DNA of 64,000 nt, taken from positions 434,001 to 498,000 of the forward strand of contig JAPETS010000014.1 of NCBI GenBank assembly GCA_026023565.1, written 5' to 3'. Origin of the DNA: Cirrosporium novae-zelandiae (lineage: Eukaryota). Numbering within the stretch: the stretch's first letter is position 1; each line of letters begins with the position of its first letter. The translations under genes were made by a program, and so were the position numbers. A model generated the notes under the pieces. The model worked only from the letters and a program-made list of their open reading frames with translations, made no database searches and was not told the origin of the DNA. Shown piece by piece: positions 26,674 through 38,878 of this stretch.

Positions 26674-28479
26674 TTGATAGATCTGGGAAGAAGTACCTGC
26701 ATGTAAAGCTTGAGAAGGGAAAGTGGTATACGAGTTCCGTGAATCGAAGAAGCAGGCAGCCCAGTGAGTCCAGTCAGCGACCTATGAACGAAGAAAGTGA
26801 GCTTGAAGCAGAAACGAAACTGCAGACTATAGCTACTACTGATGATGACAATGAGGTGGGAATATGGTGTTTTGGAGGAATGGAGTAACATAAATAATAT
26901 GGATATGGATATGGATATGGATAACGACACAACACACGAAGTTTCGGGTACTGTACCACGACCTCCTTTCATGAATCACCCCCAACCGACCCCTTCGCAT
27001 TTGTTTTGTGTCTTGTTTGTTTTCCTTTTCTTTATGTCCCTTAAAGTACGAGTATCATACCCCCAATGCGTTCAGTCCAGGCCGAGGTTCAGGTTCAGGT
27101 TTAAACATGGGTTGAGAAAATATCATTTGGTGTCTTGTCTTATCTTATCTGGTTACACTTTTTTCACTTCTACGTTCTAGAATGTTGGGGTACCTGAATT
27201 CTTTGGCGCTTAAACCTATGCAATCCTGTTGGCAGCCTGGACGATTACTAAGTGTAGGCTGTTAAAAGTCGAATGCACGAATGAATAAACAAATAAAGAC
27301 TGGGGGGAAGCTAACAGATGGCATATTCCTTCATTCTATATCATTTATCTGATCCTCTATATTGAAGTTGGCAAGTTGGGGGATGCCACTAACGATACGA
27401 ACTAGCGGACCAACTAATCAACAAACTAGCAGAAAAGAAAACAACAAATCTCAACTGCTATTCTAATATTCTTTTCTTGTTCTCTATGGAGAAAAAAAGC
27501 AACAAATGTCTATATGGTCCATTCCAACAAAGTCAACTTGACGATCCTAAATAGATATATGATTACTGAAGTCAAGGATAGCAGATACCAATGGAAGCAC
27601 CTGCTATCCATTATTCACTTGCACTATCTAACCCCGACTCCTGACTCCTACTCTCACCCCCAACCTATCACACCTATCAAACCTACCAAGTAGATGTCTA
27701 CAACGATTTGTCGTTTCCCATTCGCGCTCTAGGAGGAGAATCTTGCTACCTCGATCTTGCGTGACCGAGTGTTAGGGAGTAAAAGGATGTTGCGGAGTAT
27801 TTCTCGGTTCCCTCACTCGAATTTCCTATCAAAATCTACCTGGTTTCCTCGCGGGGCACATATTGTTTCATTCCCGGATGATATAATTATGGCCACCGTC
27901 TAAAAACACTAAAAACTCTTCTCAGCCAGTTCGCTTGGGCTAATAAATAGAGTGGGCGAAACTGGATAAAATAATACTCGGTCATATGGAAGCAAAGATT
28001 GAGCGCTCTCATTATTTCGTGTCTTTGTCTTTCTGGATTTCCTTTTTTTCAAATTCGTGCCAGCCATACCCTTCAAATTTTTTCCCGGTCCTGAAAGACC
28101 TTTTGCTTGTTCGTGTGTTTTGACTATTCTTTCACTGTTATTCCTATTTTTGATAGTCGAGCTCTCGATTATTTCATTGAGCATACTTGCAAGGTTCCTT
28201 CTCGGTATTCATTGCAGCGCCCAGAAACCTGTCCGAGTGTCTCTAGACCTATGGAGATGTTTGATGGTTCATTCATTTAAATCGGTGCGAATATAACATA
28301 TCATCAAGCACGCGAACCACCTCCGGTCTGCCTTCCATGCTTGCCTATCTGAGCCTAGGTCGTCCTCGTTGTCGTGAGCTTCCAGCTTCCCATCTGCAGG
28401 CAACCGTACGAGCCCTCGATGCTCCAAGTCTCAGTAACTGACGATGTGAATTTGAGGTTCAGTTCTTAAAAACAATTAG

Positions 28480-31469
28480 CGTACCTTGGTCGACCTATTT
28501 TCATAAAAGATTTTGTTCACTCGATGGTTAACTTGACCCTTGGAAATGATTCTAGTGGCAGGTAAGTGAACTTAACGTGAAAAATATCTCCCTATTAAAT
28601 CGGGAGCTGACTTAATATTGATGGCTGTAGGAGGTACGTAAACTTAACTAAAGGGACGTATATCTTTTCGACTAGTTTATAGTTAACATATTCTTCTTTA
28701 CGATTTTAGATAGTAAGTGAAATCAGCTCTCCAAACGTACGTCCTTTTTGGTCAGTTGATAGCTAACCCCTTTTCATATTTTTAGGTAGTACTTAAAACT
28801 GGATTAAGAGATGAATGTCCTTATGACTATAGCAAGCAAGTAAACCTAGCTAGAGCAAAGCTTACAGTTAGTTAAATTAGTGACTCATGAATACCCCCTT
28901 GCCATTATAGGAGGAAAAATCAAAATTTCACTCTGTATCTTCTGATCAAAAGGGAGGGACGACAGAACAGAGGGAGAATAATATTACCGGTTGTTCCTCG
29001 AATGAAAGTTCTTATTCTTTCATTCCATATAAGTCTCCGGGTGTACCGGCGGATGTTGGTGATACGGAATTTGAACCCCCTAATTCCCTTCGCACTGTCT
29101 TATCTGTCCCGCAGGATGGTAGAATCAAACTGGCTTTCGACTTGAATTGGCAGTTGAAGCTTGAAAAATTCAAGTGGACGCTAGAACATCTATTCGATAC
29201 TGCTCTTTTTGGACAAGACGAGCGGACTGTTCAAGAATGCTTGCAACCTACTCTTCAGGGGCTTAAAAATTTCCACAAGAACATCCAGGACTTTGGCGAT
29301 TTCTTTATTTTAGACGTCGACCCTTTAAATCTAGAATATGGCCACGTAATATACAGAATCGAGGGAACAATGGCCAATTATTGTATATCCCAGGATAAGA
29401 TGCCCAGGGAGATGCGTTAGGATTTGAGGTGGTTAGGTTTTTATCAATTACCCTTTTGCAACAAAATCTCTCTATTCGTCTAACTTATCCTACGATTAGT
29501 GATATTCGTGATCTCCCCGAGTGGCTAGTTAACCATGGAATATTTTGCGGGGAGACCCCACCACAAAGTCACGATAGGATTGGGGCAGCCCCATGGAAAA
29601 GATCATGTGCGTATAACTTCTGGTTATTGAGTGATGGTTAATATCATTCTGACTTTGAAACTGATTGTGTTAGGGCCTTTCGCTAGCATAAATAGAAGAG
29701 AATTATCTCTTTCCTTTTTGAATTTTTGATGATGGTGACGATCCGATTAAGATAGTGACTGAACGCCACCTAAATTGTGAGCGACTAGGTGGTAGTGAAT
29801 TGGCAAATCCATATTCCAATATCAACAACGGATTTCACATCACGTTTTATGAATAGTTTGAAAAGAAAATGGAAAGGCAGGAAAGACTAGTCTCGACCAA
29901 CTATATAAAATCCCTACAACATCATGAGAGATGGAAAACTGGTCAACTTTACAGCAAGCTAGATGCTGGGGGTAACGATATGGATCTTGTATTTAGGCAG
30001 AGTGCGTTCACTGTAAGTCCCCTTGTTTCTTGCTGAATTCCAAAAATTAATTATGAATAAACAGACGCTTGCAACCACGAAAACCCCAGAATCTCCCTAT
30101 TAGACGATTTTACTTCTGACCCCTTCCGGTTTCTTCGCAAGCCCGGAGGCAACTGTGCCAATAGATATAGATTGGAGACTGGTTGCGAACCAAGCGAACA
30201 AGCAAACCGCTGAACTAACCTGCATCGTGTATGCTCTGAAGGCAGTTGAGAAGCGATGGAGGCGTTTAAATGAGTATATAGCAAAGCTGCTAACTGAAAA
30301 TTTCATGGACCCTAATGAATACGTCAAGTTATTATTCGATGACGAAACTTTTGGTCGATCCAGACTATACTTTTGGGTCATTGGGTGCCTCAGCGAATTT
30401 GACGCCAGCATCGAAGACAATCTCAAGCAATGGGAGCTATTCCGAAAAGCACGTGTAACTCCATTCCTTCAACCGCATGGTACCAACTCTAGAGAGGAGC
30501 CTCAGACGGTTCACACATCTGATGAGATGCCCGAAGCAGATGGCGCCAACCATGATGAAGGGTCTCACGGAGTAGATGCATTTAAAAAGAAGCCAGAAAC
30601 ACCCTTACAGCACCTTCAAAGTCTCGACAACGATGCTAGGGAGATTTGCCAGAGCTTGGAAGATTTGCGGTCACAATTTCAAGCCAAACTGAACACAGTG
30701 AAAACATTACGTGATGGAGTAAGTTGTGTCCAAGTTTCTCCTTCTCTGTATTTTGAATGTTCTTTGCCCATTTATTGTGCTAGATCTACGGCTGATAATT
30801 CACTTAGCTGTTCAATGCTAGTACTCTTATGGAGAGTAGATCCTCAACTAGACTGGGACAGAATGTTCAGCTACTCACTTACGTCGGTATATTCTATTTG
30901 CCGTTGGCATTCTGCGCCGTGAGTACCCTTTAATATACAAACAATGACCCTGTTATCAGCCTAGCCATATGTTGACACATCTATAGACTCTATAGGCCAT
31001 TCCGAATATCACCGACGGGGAAACTAGAATTCTATTCATCGTCACTGCTGTCTTAGTTGGGGTTATAACCTACGCAGTTGTCTTCAATCTTGGGAATATC
31101 GCGGAATTCGTCGGGAGAAAATATTACAGCCGGAGAACGAAACTGTTGAAAAATATGAAACAGAATGATAGGTGGAGAGAACGTGGAAAGGAACTTGAGC
31201 AGTTTCGTCCGAATAATGATCGCAAGATTCCATCTGAGTGGTGGATAATTGTGTACCAGGCACAGAGATTTGCGCAGCCAATATGGAATCAGATACGCAG
31301 AGTTGCTCACCAGACATGGAAAATTTTGGGCGCGATATTCCTCAATGTGATCCTGGTACCGATAAGGATATTTGGCAAATTTGAAGAATTGTGTACCAAT
31401 TGCATAGGCTATTTAAAAAGAAAGATAGAAGGGAGAGTCATCCCACAGCTTGAAGAACCTAGTCCTTGA
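28480..31469 (+). pseudogene. Degenerate multi-exon gene with a C-terminal CorA-like membrane domain
   Basis: LLFDDETFGRSRLYFW and (spliced) LFNASTLMESRSSTRLGQNVQLLTYVGIFYLPLAFCA match the CorA-like C-terminus of fungal proteins; in-frame TAG at 30993-30995; upstream fragments broken by stops; 5' limit uncertain. Confidence 0.6.
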
Positions 31470-31699
31470 TGAATTTCAAACATTAGCACTCGTCACCAAG
31501 TCAACAATAACCATCCAACATATACATCCACAACGCGAAAATTTCGGGACACCTTTCAGTATTAATCGAGCTTCAGAAAAAGAGGAGAGGAGGTGGAGGG
31601 TGGCATTGAGAAAACGGTCTACGACAATCAAAGGAAGGATGATAGGACTACCTACGAGGAGGATTTCGGGAAATTGAAAAAAGAGAAAAAAAAGGGACA

Positions 31700-33400
31700 A
31701 AAGAAATTGCGGATTTTGCTTTTGTTTTATGATCTTATGTTAAATTGTTGGATGAATGGAATTATTAATGACGATATGACCTACGATACGAATGAACAAT
31801 GAACTTTCAACTATTATATACTGTTATCTTATCCTGTTTTTCTTCTTTTTCTTCTTATATCTAGGTATAGTATTCGACTTATAAGTCATCCTACCCTAAC
31901 CTAACCTAATAATCTATAGGGCTTAAGAATTATAACTAATAAATGAATTCATTTATATCTCATAAGACAAGCTTTCCCCACTAGACGACGTCCTCCATCT
32001 CAACCTCTTCTTCCTCTTCTAAGAACCCCCTCCCTAAAAAAGGGGTTGACCTAACCCAACCAAACCCAGCATATCACATATCACTGTTATCACATATATA
32101 TCCCTATCCCTATTCTTATTCCTACTCCTACCATCTCCAATAACAACCTCGAAACCAAACCAACTAACTGACTAGCCAACGAATCAGCAAACCAAGACAC
32201 ATATCACCATCCCCTCTCCCGTTTCCATACCCAATAGCATCCTAGAAATTAACTAACAACAAACCAAGAACCCCTATAAATCCCATAACCCCACATAACC
32301 TCACCATCAGCGAAAGGAATAGAATAAACCAAAACCAGATCAGACCGAACTAGACTAAGAGCCTTGGTTTGGTCTATTCCTTTCCCCCTCCTCACCAATC
32401 CATCAATCTTACAAGTAACCCCCACCCCCCTCCCACAAAATCCACAAATTTACAAAACAAATAAACCCAACAATTCCAACTCCCCCCCCTTCCCTTTCCC
32501 TTTCCCCTTCCCCTTGAGTTTCCTAGACCTTTAGTCCTAATCCCTCTCCCACCTATCCCAAATTTAATTCGTACTGTACAGTACATAATTATAATCTACA
32601 CCACACTGCACTATACTGCACTACAATCAAGATTACAAATAATACCCACAACAAACATTTATTTTTTTGAAATAGATAAATAGAAAAAAAAATCTAACTT
32701 ATTTACTTCATTTATTTATTCATTGGGGGTAAGGTAAGGTAAGGTAAGGTAAGGTAAGAAAACCGTAAAGAAGTTGTTTGTTTGTTTGTTTAAGGTTTGG
32801 TTGGTATACTGTAAACTAGGCGTTGGGGTTGGGTTTTTAAAGTGAGATTTGGGCTTTCTTTCGTAGGGAAGATGTGGGGTAGTGTATGTAGTGTATGTAG
32901 TGTAGTATTTACTGAGTTAACTATTACTAGTACTACTACCCAGACCCCATCCTTTCAACTTTGATTTAATAACTCGTAGTTCCACGTGTTACGTTTACGT
33001 TATTGTAGATATATATATTTTTTTATATTCTTTACCCCCTTCCTTGATAGAGGCTGCAAGTTAAACTCTTACCGCTAGGCCAAAAGGGGCATGCATCATG
33101 GCTACCCGCTCATTAGGTTAAGGGTAACCAATACTTATTTAGCTATATAATCGATTACTTCGTAACATTCCTACCTATTTATCTACTTGACCTACCTCGA
33201 TAATAACAACAATACGAGTAGATAAAGGTTTTTTTTTTTTTGGTTTTTTGGGTTTTGGAGGTTAATTGGTGGGTAGGTAGGTAGGTATTACATAAACGTG
33301 AGATGATAGAATAAAAAGGGGGGGAATTGTTAGTTCCAGTAAGGAAATAAATGACTTGCTTAACGGGCATAACCATGTCACATAGTCATGACGCCTACAA
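31700..33400. repeat. AT-rich low-complexity island
   Basis: (GGTAA)n, (TTTG)n and (CCCTTT)n tracts, poly-T runs, no credible ORFs. Confidence 0.75.
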
Positions 33401-33621
33401 AATATAAAACCAGAAACCTTCTTAGACAAAAAGAATATTTAGTGATTTATTTTATATGCGTTTGATTATCTATTTTTTCTAAAAATATAAATAACATGCC
33501 TTTTTTTTGCTTAGAGAATGGGAATGGAACTATAAATTAAGTTGTCCTCATCATCGTAGAAGATTATGCAGGCTTTGGGTAACTAGAACCCCTATGAGCA
33601 AGATTGGTCTAGGGTAGGTAA

Positions 33622-35988
33622 CTATCCGAGGTGTTCTTCGGACAAAGCGAGGTAAGAGCAGGATGAAGAGAAAGCCCAGACTAGGGTAGGTTGGACCTAT
33701 ACAAAAGAAAAGCCACGTCAGCAGAAATAGGTCAGATCTAGGAAGGAGGAGGTGCTTTACCGCAGTGTTTAGAGATTCCGTAATGCGGCTATGATTGCAT
33801 GATCCTACCTGGACATTGCAAGAGCCATACGAAAATTCTAGCCCTCGAATGCAGTAACTGCTGTCAAATGCAACTGCGTAATGTACAGAGATCTGTTCGA
33901 TGGCTTCACCTACCGGTTGGATAATAGATGGGTGGACGACGCCCATCTGGCCTAAAATCACCGGCCCAGAGTATTTGTAGGATATTTTCATACCGCAAAG
34001 ATCCTTTTGGCGAATGGGGTGGTGATAGAGGGTTATCTTCGAGACAGAATCCAAAGAAGCTCGCGAAATGATGACGGAATGGGGTTCGAGAGATTTGTGA
34101 GGTTGTATCTTTGATTTTTGCCATGCCACCGAGTGTTTTGTGGGTGAAATCTTCTGGAATAAATAGCTTTTCTCGTCATCTTTTGAATGGAAAATACCAA
34201 AAGCTGAGAGAACTGGCATCCCGGTGGTCTATATGGAAAATCAGTAAGATATTATTAAGATAAGATATAGGAAAACTAACCTTTGAAGATCCGAAGAAGC
34301 CTGCGGGATTGATTCTCGTGCACCAATGGGTTTCTGACTCATTTCCAAAGCAAAAGCTACGGCCAAGGTTGGTGAAAAGCTATGCAAGTAAAAATAAGTA
34401 TTAGCTCCATTTAAACCACTGGCAGAAATATTACCTTGACCACTATGCCCGGATTGAGGGAGCTTTTCCCAATCACCATGGCAGTAAATGTCTCATCTTT
34501 ATCGCACTCAGCGGATAGTTTGACAGCATATCCAGCCCCACTCCCAATTCTAAAGGTCCCATCATTGGAAACTAATTCAATGCCCACGATTGCCCAAGAA
34601 CCAAGTTCGAATAATGCGGAGAAGCTGATGCATTGACTAATCCTAATTTCGGCGAAGTCATACGGGAATATCAAATCATGAGGGGAACAATCAATCAAGA
34701 CCATCGGAATAAGGTCTGTGGATGGAAATCTTGATCGCCAAACCCATGGTCTAATTTGAAGCAGGTCTGCTTTATCTTGTCGATAAGCAATCCCAATAAT
34801 CTTAAAAGCCTATATGTTGTTTAGCTAGGTCAAAGCAAAATGAAAGAATATCCTTACATCTAGTGATATGATCAGATTTGCTCTCTCCTCAGGCGATGGC
34901 CATTGAAGCTGACCAAAAGCAAGTGTGTGATTTGGACCATTAGTATTACCAAACCAGGGCAACATCCACTCTGACCGATCCCGAGCTTGAACCCCTAAGA
35001 AACCTTCACTATCAAATTCACTATCAAAGGCCAAACGTAGCCCACTGAAGGAATTGACACACAGACTCTTAATAGAATCCCCTTGATAACCAACAAATTG
35101 ATCCTCGATACTGATACCACAAAGATATCTTCGATCAAAAAGATGACTAAAGTGAAAATTCAAACTTGAAAGATTATTCAATGGTAAAGATTTGCTTAGT
35201 CGAAGTGTATTTTTTGTTGAAACTAATATGGAGTTGTGTAAGGGCCAAGAATGTTCGTATTCTTCTCCTTCCGAAATGGTTTCCATCTTCGCGGTTACTA
35301 GCATAATGTTATTCCATACGACTTCATAGTTTCTGGTATGAGGGAATTGGCCGGCGGGTTTGTTATGGAGATTCATAAGAGCATACTTGATTCTTTGTGC
35401 CACTTGTTGCTTGGAACCTTGAGCAAATGCTGGTTCGCAGGCTCGATATTTTCGCCCTAGCGACAACCAAACCCTCCCATCTGGTTCGTACTTTGTTATT
35501 TGCTGAAGACTGAAAACATCCTCGTACCGGTCCAAGTTCATGTAAATATACTGGATCAACTCGACAGGTAGCCTTTTAAACATGCTCTCGTCCGTCGTGG
35601 CGCTCATAGAACGATAGATTTCATCTAGGTTTTCCGGTATATCATCCAATCCGGAATCTAGACGATCTGGTTCATACTCAAAGGGTGTTTTCACAAGAAA
35701 TTCTTGTAGGTCCAGAAGGCAGGCCCATAATCTTTCCAACCATGCCGAATCGAACTTGGATGTCCCCATAAACTTGGTCACGACCCTCCAACAGGCGGAA
35801 TGTACAACGGGGGTTTGATATCTAATTGAGGTACACCCAGGCTCGACAAGTCGATTTGTAGGAACGCCATCTCTGTCGATTTCTTCTTGGAGCTTTTGAT
35901 AGTGCGCTTTCCACGTATCGATGGGCTTGCCAAGGCGTTTAGAATCAATCATTTTACCGCAGAGGTAGCAAGGTTTAAAATATCCCAT
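33622..35988 (-). CDS. Hypothetical F-box-like protein (CxxCG...HxxCW...LPxEL type), ~5 exons
   Basis: MGYFKPCYLCG, HSACW, FKRLPVELIQYIYMNL, RYLCGISI; ORFs 34825-35988, 34411-34704 and 33551-34219 can be joined by GT-AG introns. Confidence 0.65.
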
Positions 35989-36447
35989 ATTTTAGTGATG
36001 GCCTTTAGGAACGTTTCGACTTGCTTAATGATAACAGGCCTTGTTGTTCTTGCACATTTAAAAGGCGAACTTGGAGTAAAGTTGGAGTAATGTTGAATAA
36101 AGGTGGTCGGTGACGTAGGACGAATGTACCCAACCGAAATGCACTTGAGACTATGATTCAGCCCCAAAGGTGGAACCAGAAAAGTGATGCCAGGGAGGCT
36201 TTTAAAAAAAAATTAATTTTCAATAACAATTTAATTTAAAGGCCCTCCCCAGGACCCGAAGCTGTGGGGTAACACGAGCTAGGAAACGCCAAGACTCTAC
36301 AGTGGAAGGCTCCTTTTGTCTACACTAATTATAAATCTATAACCACATCTCACTAAGCCGAGAGTGAAGGAGGTAGATTCCTTGATTTTCTAACTAGCTG
36401 AAGGTGCTGAGATTTATCTTAAAGCGACGCTGCCAAGAAAATTCTGT

Positions 36448-37020
36448 CTAAGTTGTGGGAGTTGCCTGGTCGAGTATGACGGCAGATTTGATGGTAGCAA
36501 ATACCTGAAACATCTCTACTGCATCTTGTTTAGGGTCCAGAAAGTCATTGGAAAGGGGAATAAGAGCAGTGGGATTATCCCTCTCCAATCGACAAGGCTT
36601 GATAAGCACTCCTACTGGACGACGAAAAACAAAGACCATTTTCTGCCGTATACCTCTTCGCTCGGCAACTTGGAGGGCTTGTTGACCATACAAAACTGCT
36701 TGGCTATCGGCAGCAAGATCTTGCGATTCTGTCTGAACTTGAGGCTTCTCCCTGCAAAGGATAATCTGTGTAAATACTACACCATCGTCCTCTATCTTTT
36801 CGACAACAAAATCAGGTCGAGTGGTGATATCTGTCCCTTGACGCAACCGGGGAGTGACTATAAACCCCTGACTTGATGGAAAGTAAAGGCTTAGAAGGGC
36901 GGTCCACAAAGCCTTAGACGGATTTTCCTCATGGCCGTTGATAGCCTCCTTGTATGTCCACGCAAGAGCATTGTTGTTGATGAGACCACCCAGGGAAACC
37001 ATTTTGGGAAACTTGTTCAA
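36448..37020 (-). CDS. Hypothetical protein with a PD-(D/E)XK-like fold signature
   Basis: WTALLSLYFPSSQGFIVTP..RPDFVVEK..IILCREK..Q(AVLY) pattern; intronless ~185-190 aa. Confidence 0.5.
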   Translation of the reverse strand: MNKFPKMVSLGGLINNNALAWTYKEAINGHEENPSKALWTALLSLYFPSSQGFIVTPRLRQGTDITTRPDFVVEKIEDDGVVFTQIILCREKPQVQTESQDLAADSQAVLYGQQALQVAERRGIRQKMVFVFRRPVGVLIKPCRLERDNPTALIPLSNDFLDPKQDAVEMFQVFATIKSAVILDQATPTT

Positions 37021-38878
37021 AGACGAGATGAAAACCTTCGCCCGTGATTAGGACTTGGTGCCCAGGGCTATAAGTAAACATACCTTGGAGGAAAGTAGCG
37101 TCTTGATGGGTACGGAATTCTTGTAGCAGGACTATAACACATTATCATCAGTATTATAAAATAGGTATTGGGTGTTGTAAGCAAGTACGAACCTCTTTAG
37201 GTGACGAAGATTATTCCCTGATCGTGAAGCCTTGGGAATATTTCAAGCGTGGTCCAGTACGAAAAGATAGGAAATAAAAAACCAGTTCTCTATTTCTGTC
37301 TCCCTCACGAGGGGGTTTTATTCTATATTTCCTATCCAGGGAAAGGGGTTTGAAAGAATTTTGCACGTTCAGCGCGGGGTCATATAATAATCTTAAATAA
37401 TCATATTATAGGTAACCGTCGGTCTGGTCTGGTCCTTTCACTGTTTCCTTCCTTCCTTGCTTCGTCGTCACCTTGGCGTAACAAGAAGAATCAAACAAGT
37501 ATTAGTTGATATCGGGCTCAACATCTAAATGTGACTGTAGCGCTTCGGTCGCACAAACAGGATTCATCACTTAAAGATTGTTATTCCCCTAAATTTCTGA
37601 GGTGTTCTTCTTTGCCCCATATTAGCCTGCTGATTATCCATCTATCCCCGTATGAGGAGGGACCCAAGTGTATCAACTAAAGAGCCAAGGATCGAACGAT
37701 TGGTCGTTCGGATCGATTAAAAGAGAACTGTATTAGGCTGCAATTTGAGCACGACCTTTGACTGTGTCATAACTTTGTGTTACATGATATAATCGCAGGC
37801 AGAAGGGAAGATGGGAGACTAACACCCCGCAACACGTTGGTGGGGATGCCCCTACAAGTCTATAGGTTAGCGAACATAAGCAAGAAATAGGAGAGAGAGA
37901 GAGAGTGGAGAAGAATTACTTCAAAGAGCTTTATCACAAAAAAAGCCCTAGGGGGGGGGGGGGGGGTTCAAAAACGTACAGTATCTAAATAGAAAAGAAC
38001 TTAGGAAGAAGAAGAAGTCTGAGTAAAAGAATTCCGTTCGCATCTTAAATCTCTATATCTATATAACCCCATTCTCATTCCCATTCCCCAAAAAAAACAG
38101 TCTAAAAACCAACCAACCAAATTCCATCACGCGTGCCCCCTAACCTGACAAAGACTCGTGCGTGTAAAGGGGGCAAAGACTCCTCTTTCAATGCCTGTAT
38201 TTTCTATTTAATTTAATCCCTAGTGTAAAAGAAAGACACACACACACAACTCATGAAGGACCCCTGATTTATGCTGATGATACAACCCCTCGTATACTGG
38301 TACCATCACCCATGCAAAATAATCACTAACCAATCAAGTCCAAAGTAAAATAAAAAAAAGTTCAAGAGAAGCCAGGCAGGCAAGCAACCAACAAGGCGGA
38401 GGGAAAAAGCCCTAGCTAAGCTCCTGCTGCTTTGATCCAAAGAAGGAGAAGAAGAAGAAAAAGAGCTATCTATACATGTATACAGACATTTATGTAAAGA
38501 AAGGGGAAAAAAACGCCGCCTCCGAAGATTATTCAATGAAACCAAAACCCGCTTTGCCTGTATTTGCATGGAGAAGTGGCTCCATCAACCATGATTCCCC
38601 TTCCTTTCCCTTTCAACATATTTAACAATTCTCCCATCCTGCGCCATGCTGTTCGTGTGTGTCGTTTCGCGTACAAAAAACTAGAAATAAAGTGTATGTG
38701 TATGTTGGGTTCCCCCTCTTTGGATGTCCTCCGGCTTGATTATGATATCAAAACGTAAAACGATATAAAGAAAGTGCTGGAGGTTTGGTATAATATTAGA
38801 TAAGGTGAGGGATGATGCTTTGTCATCACCTTGGCTCCATCCAGTAATTTATCCGTACTCTCTTTTCTTCTCCATACG

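Noticed and set aside
32330..32380. ACCAGATCAGACCGAAC...TTGGTTTGGTCTAT resembling the MITE internal motif (also GGTCTGGTCTGGTCC at ~37421)
   Set aside because: No CAGTGTTG terminus; too short to separate from chance.
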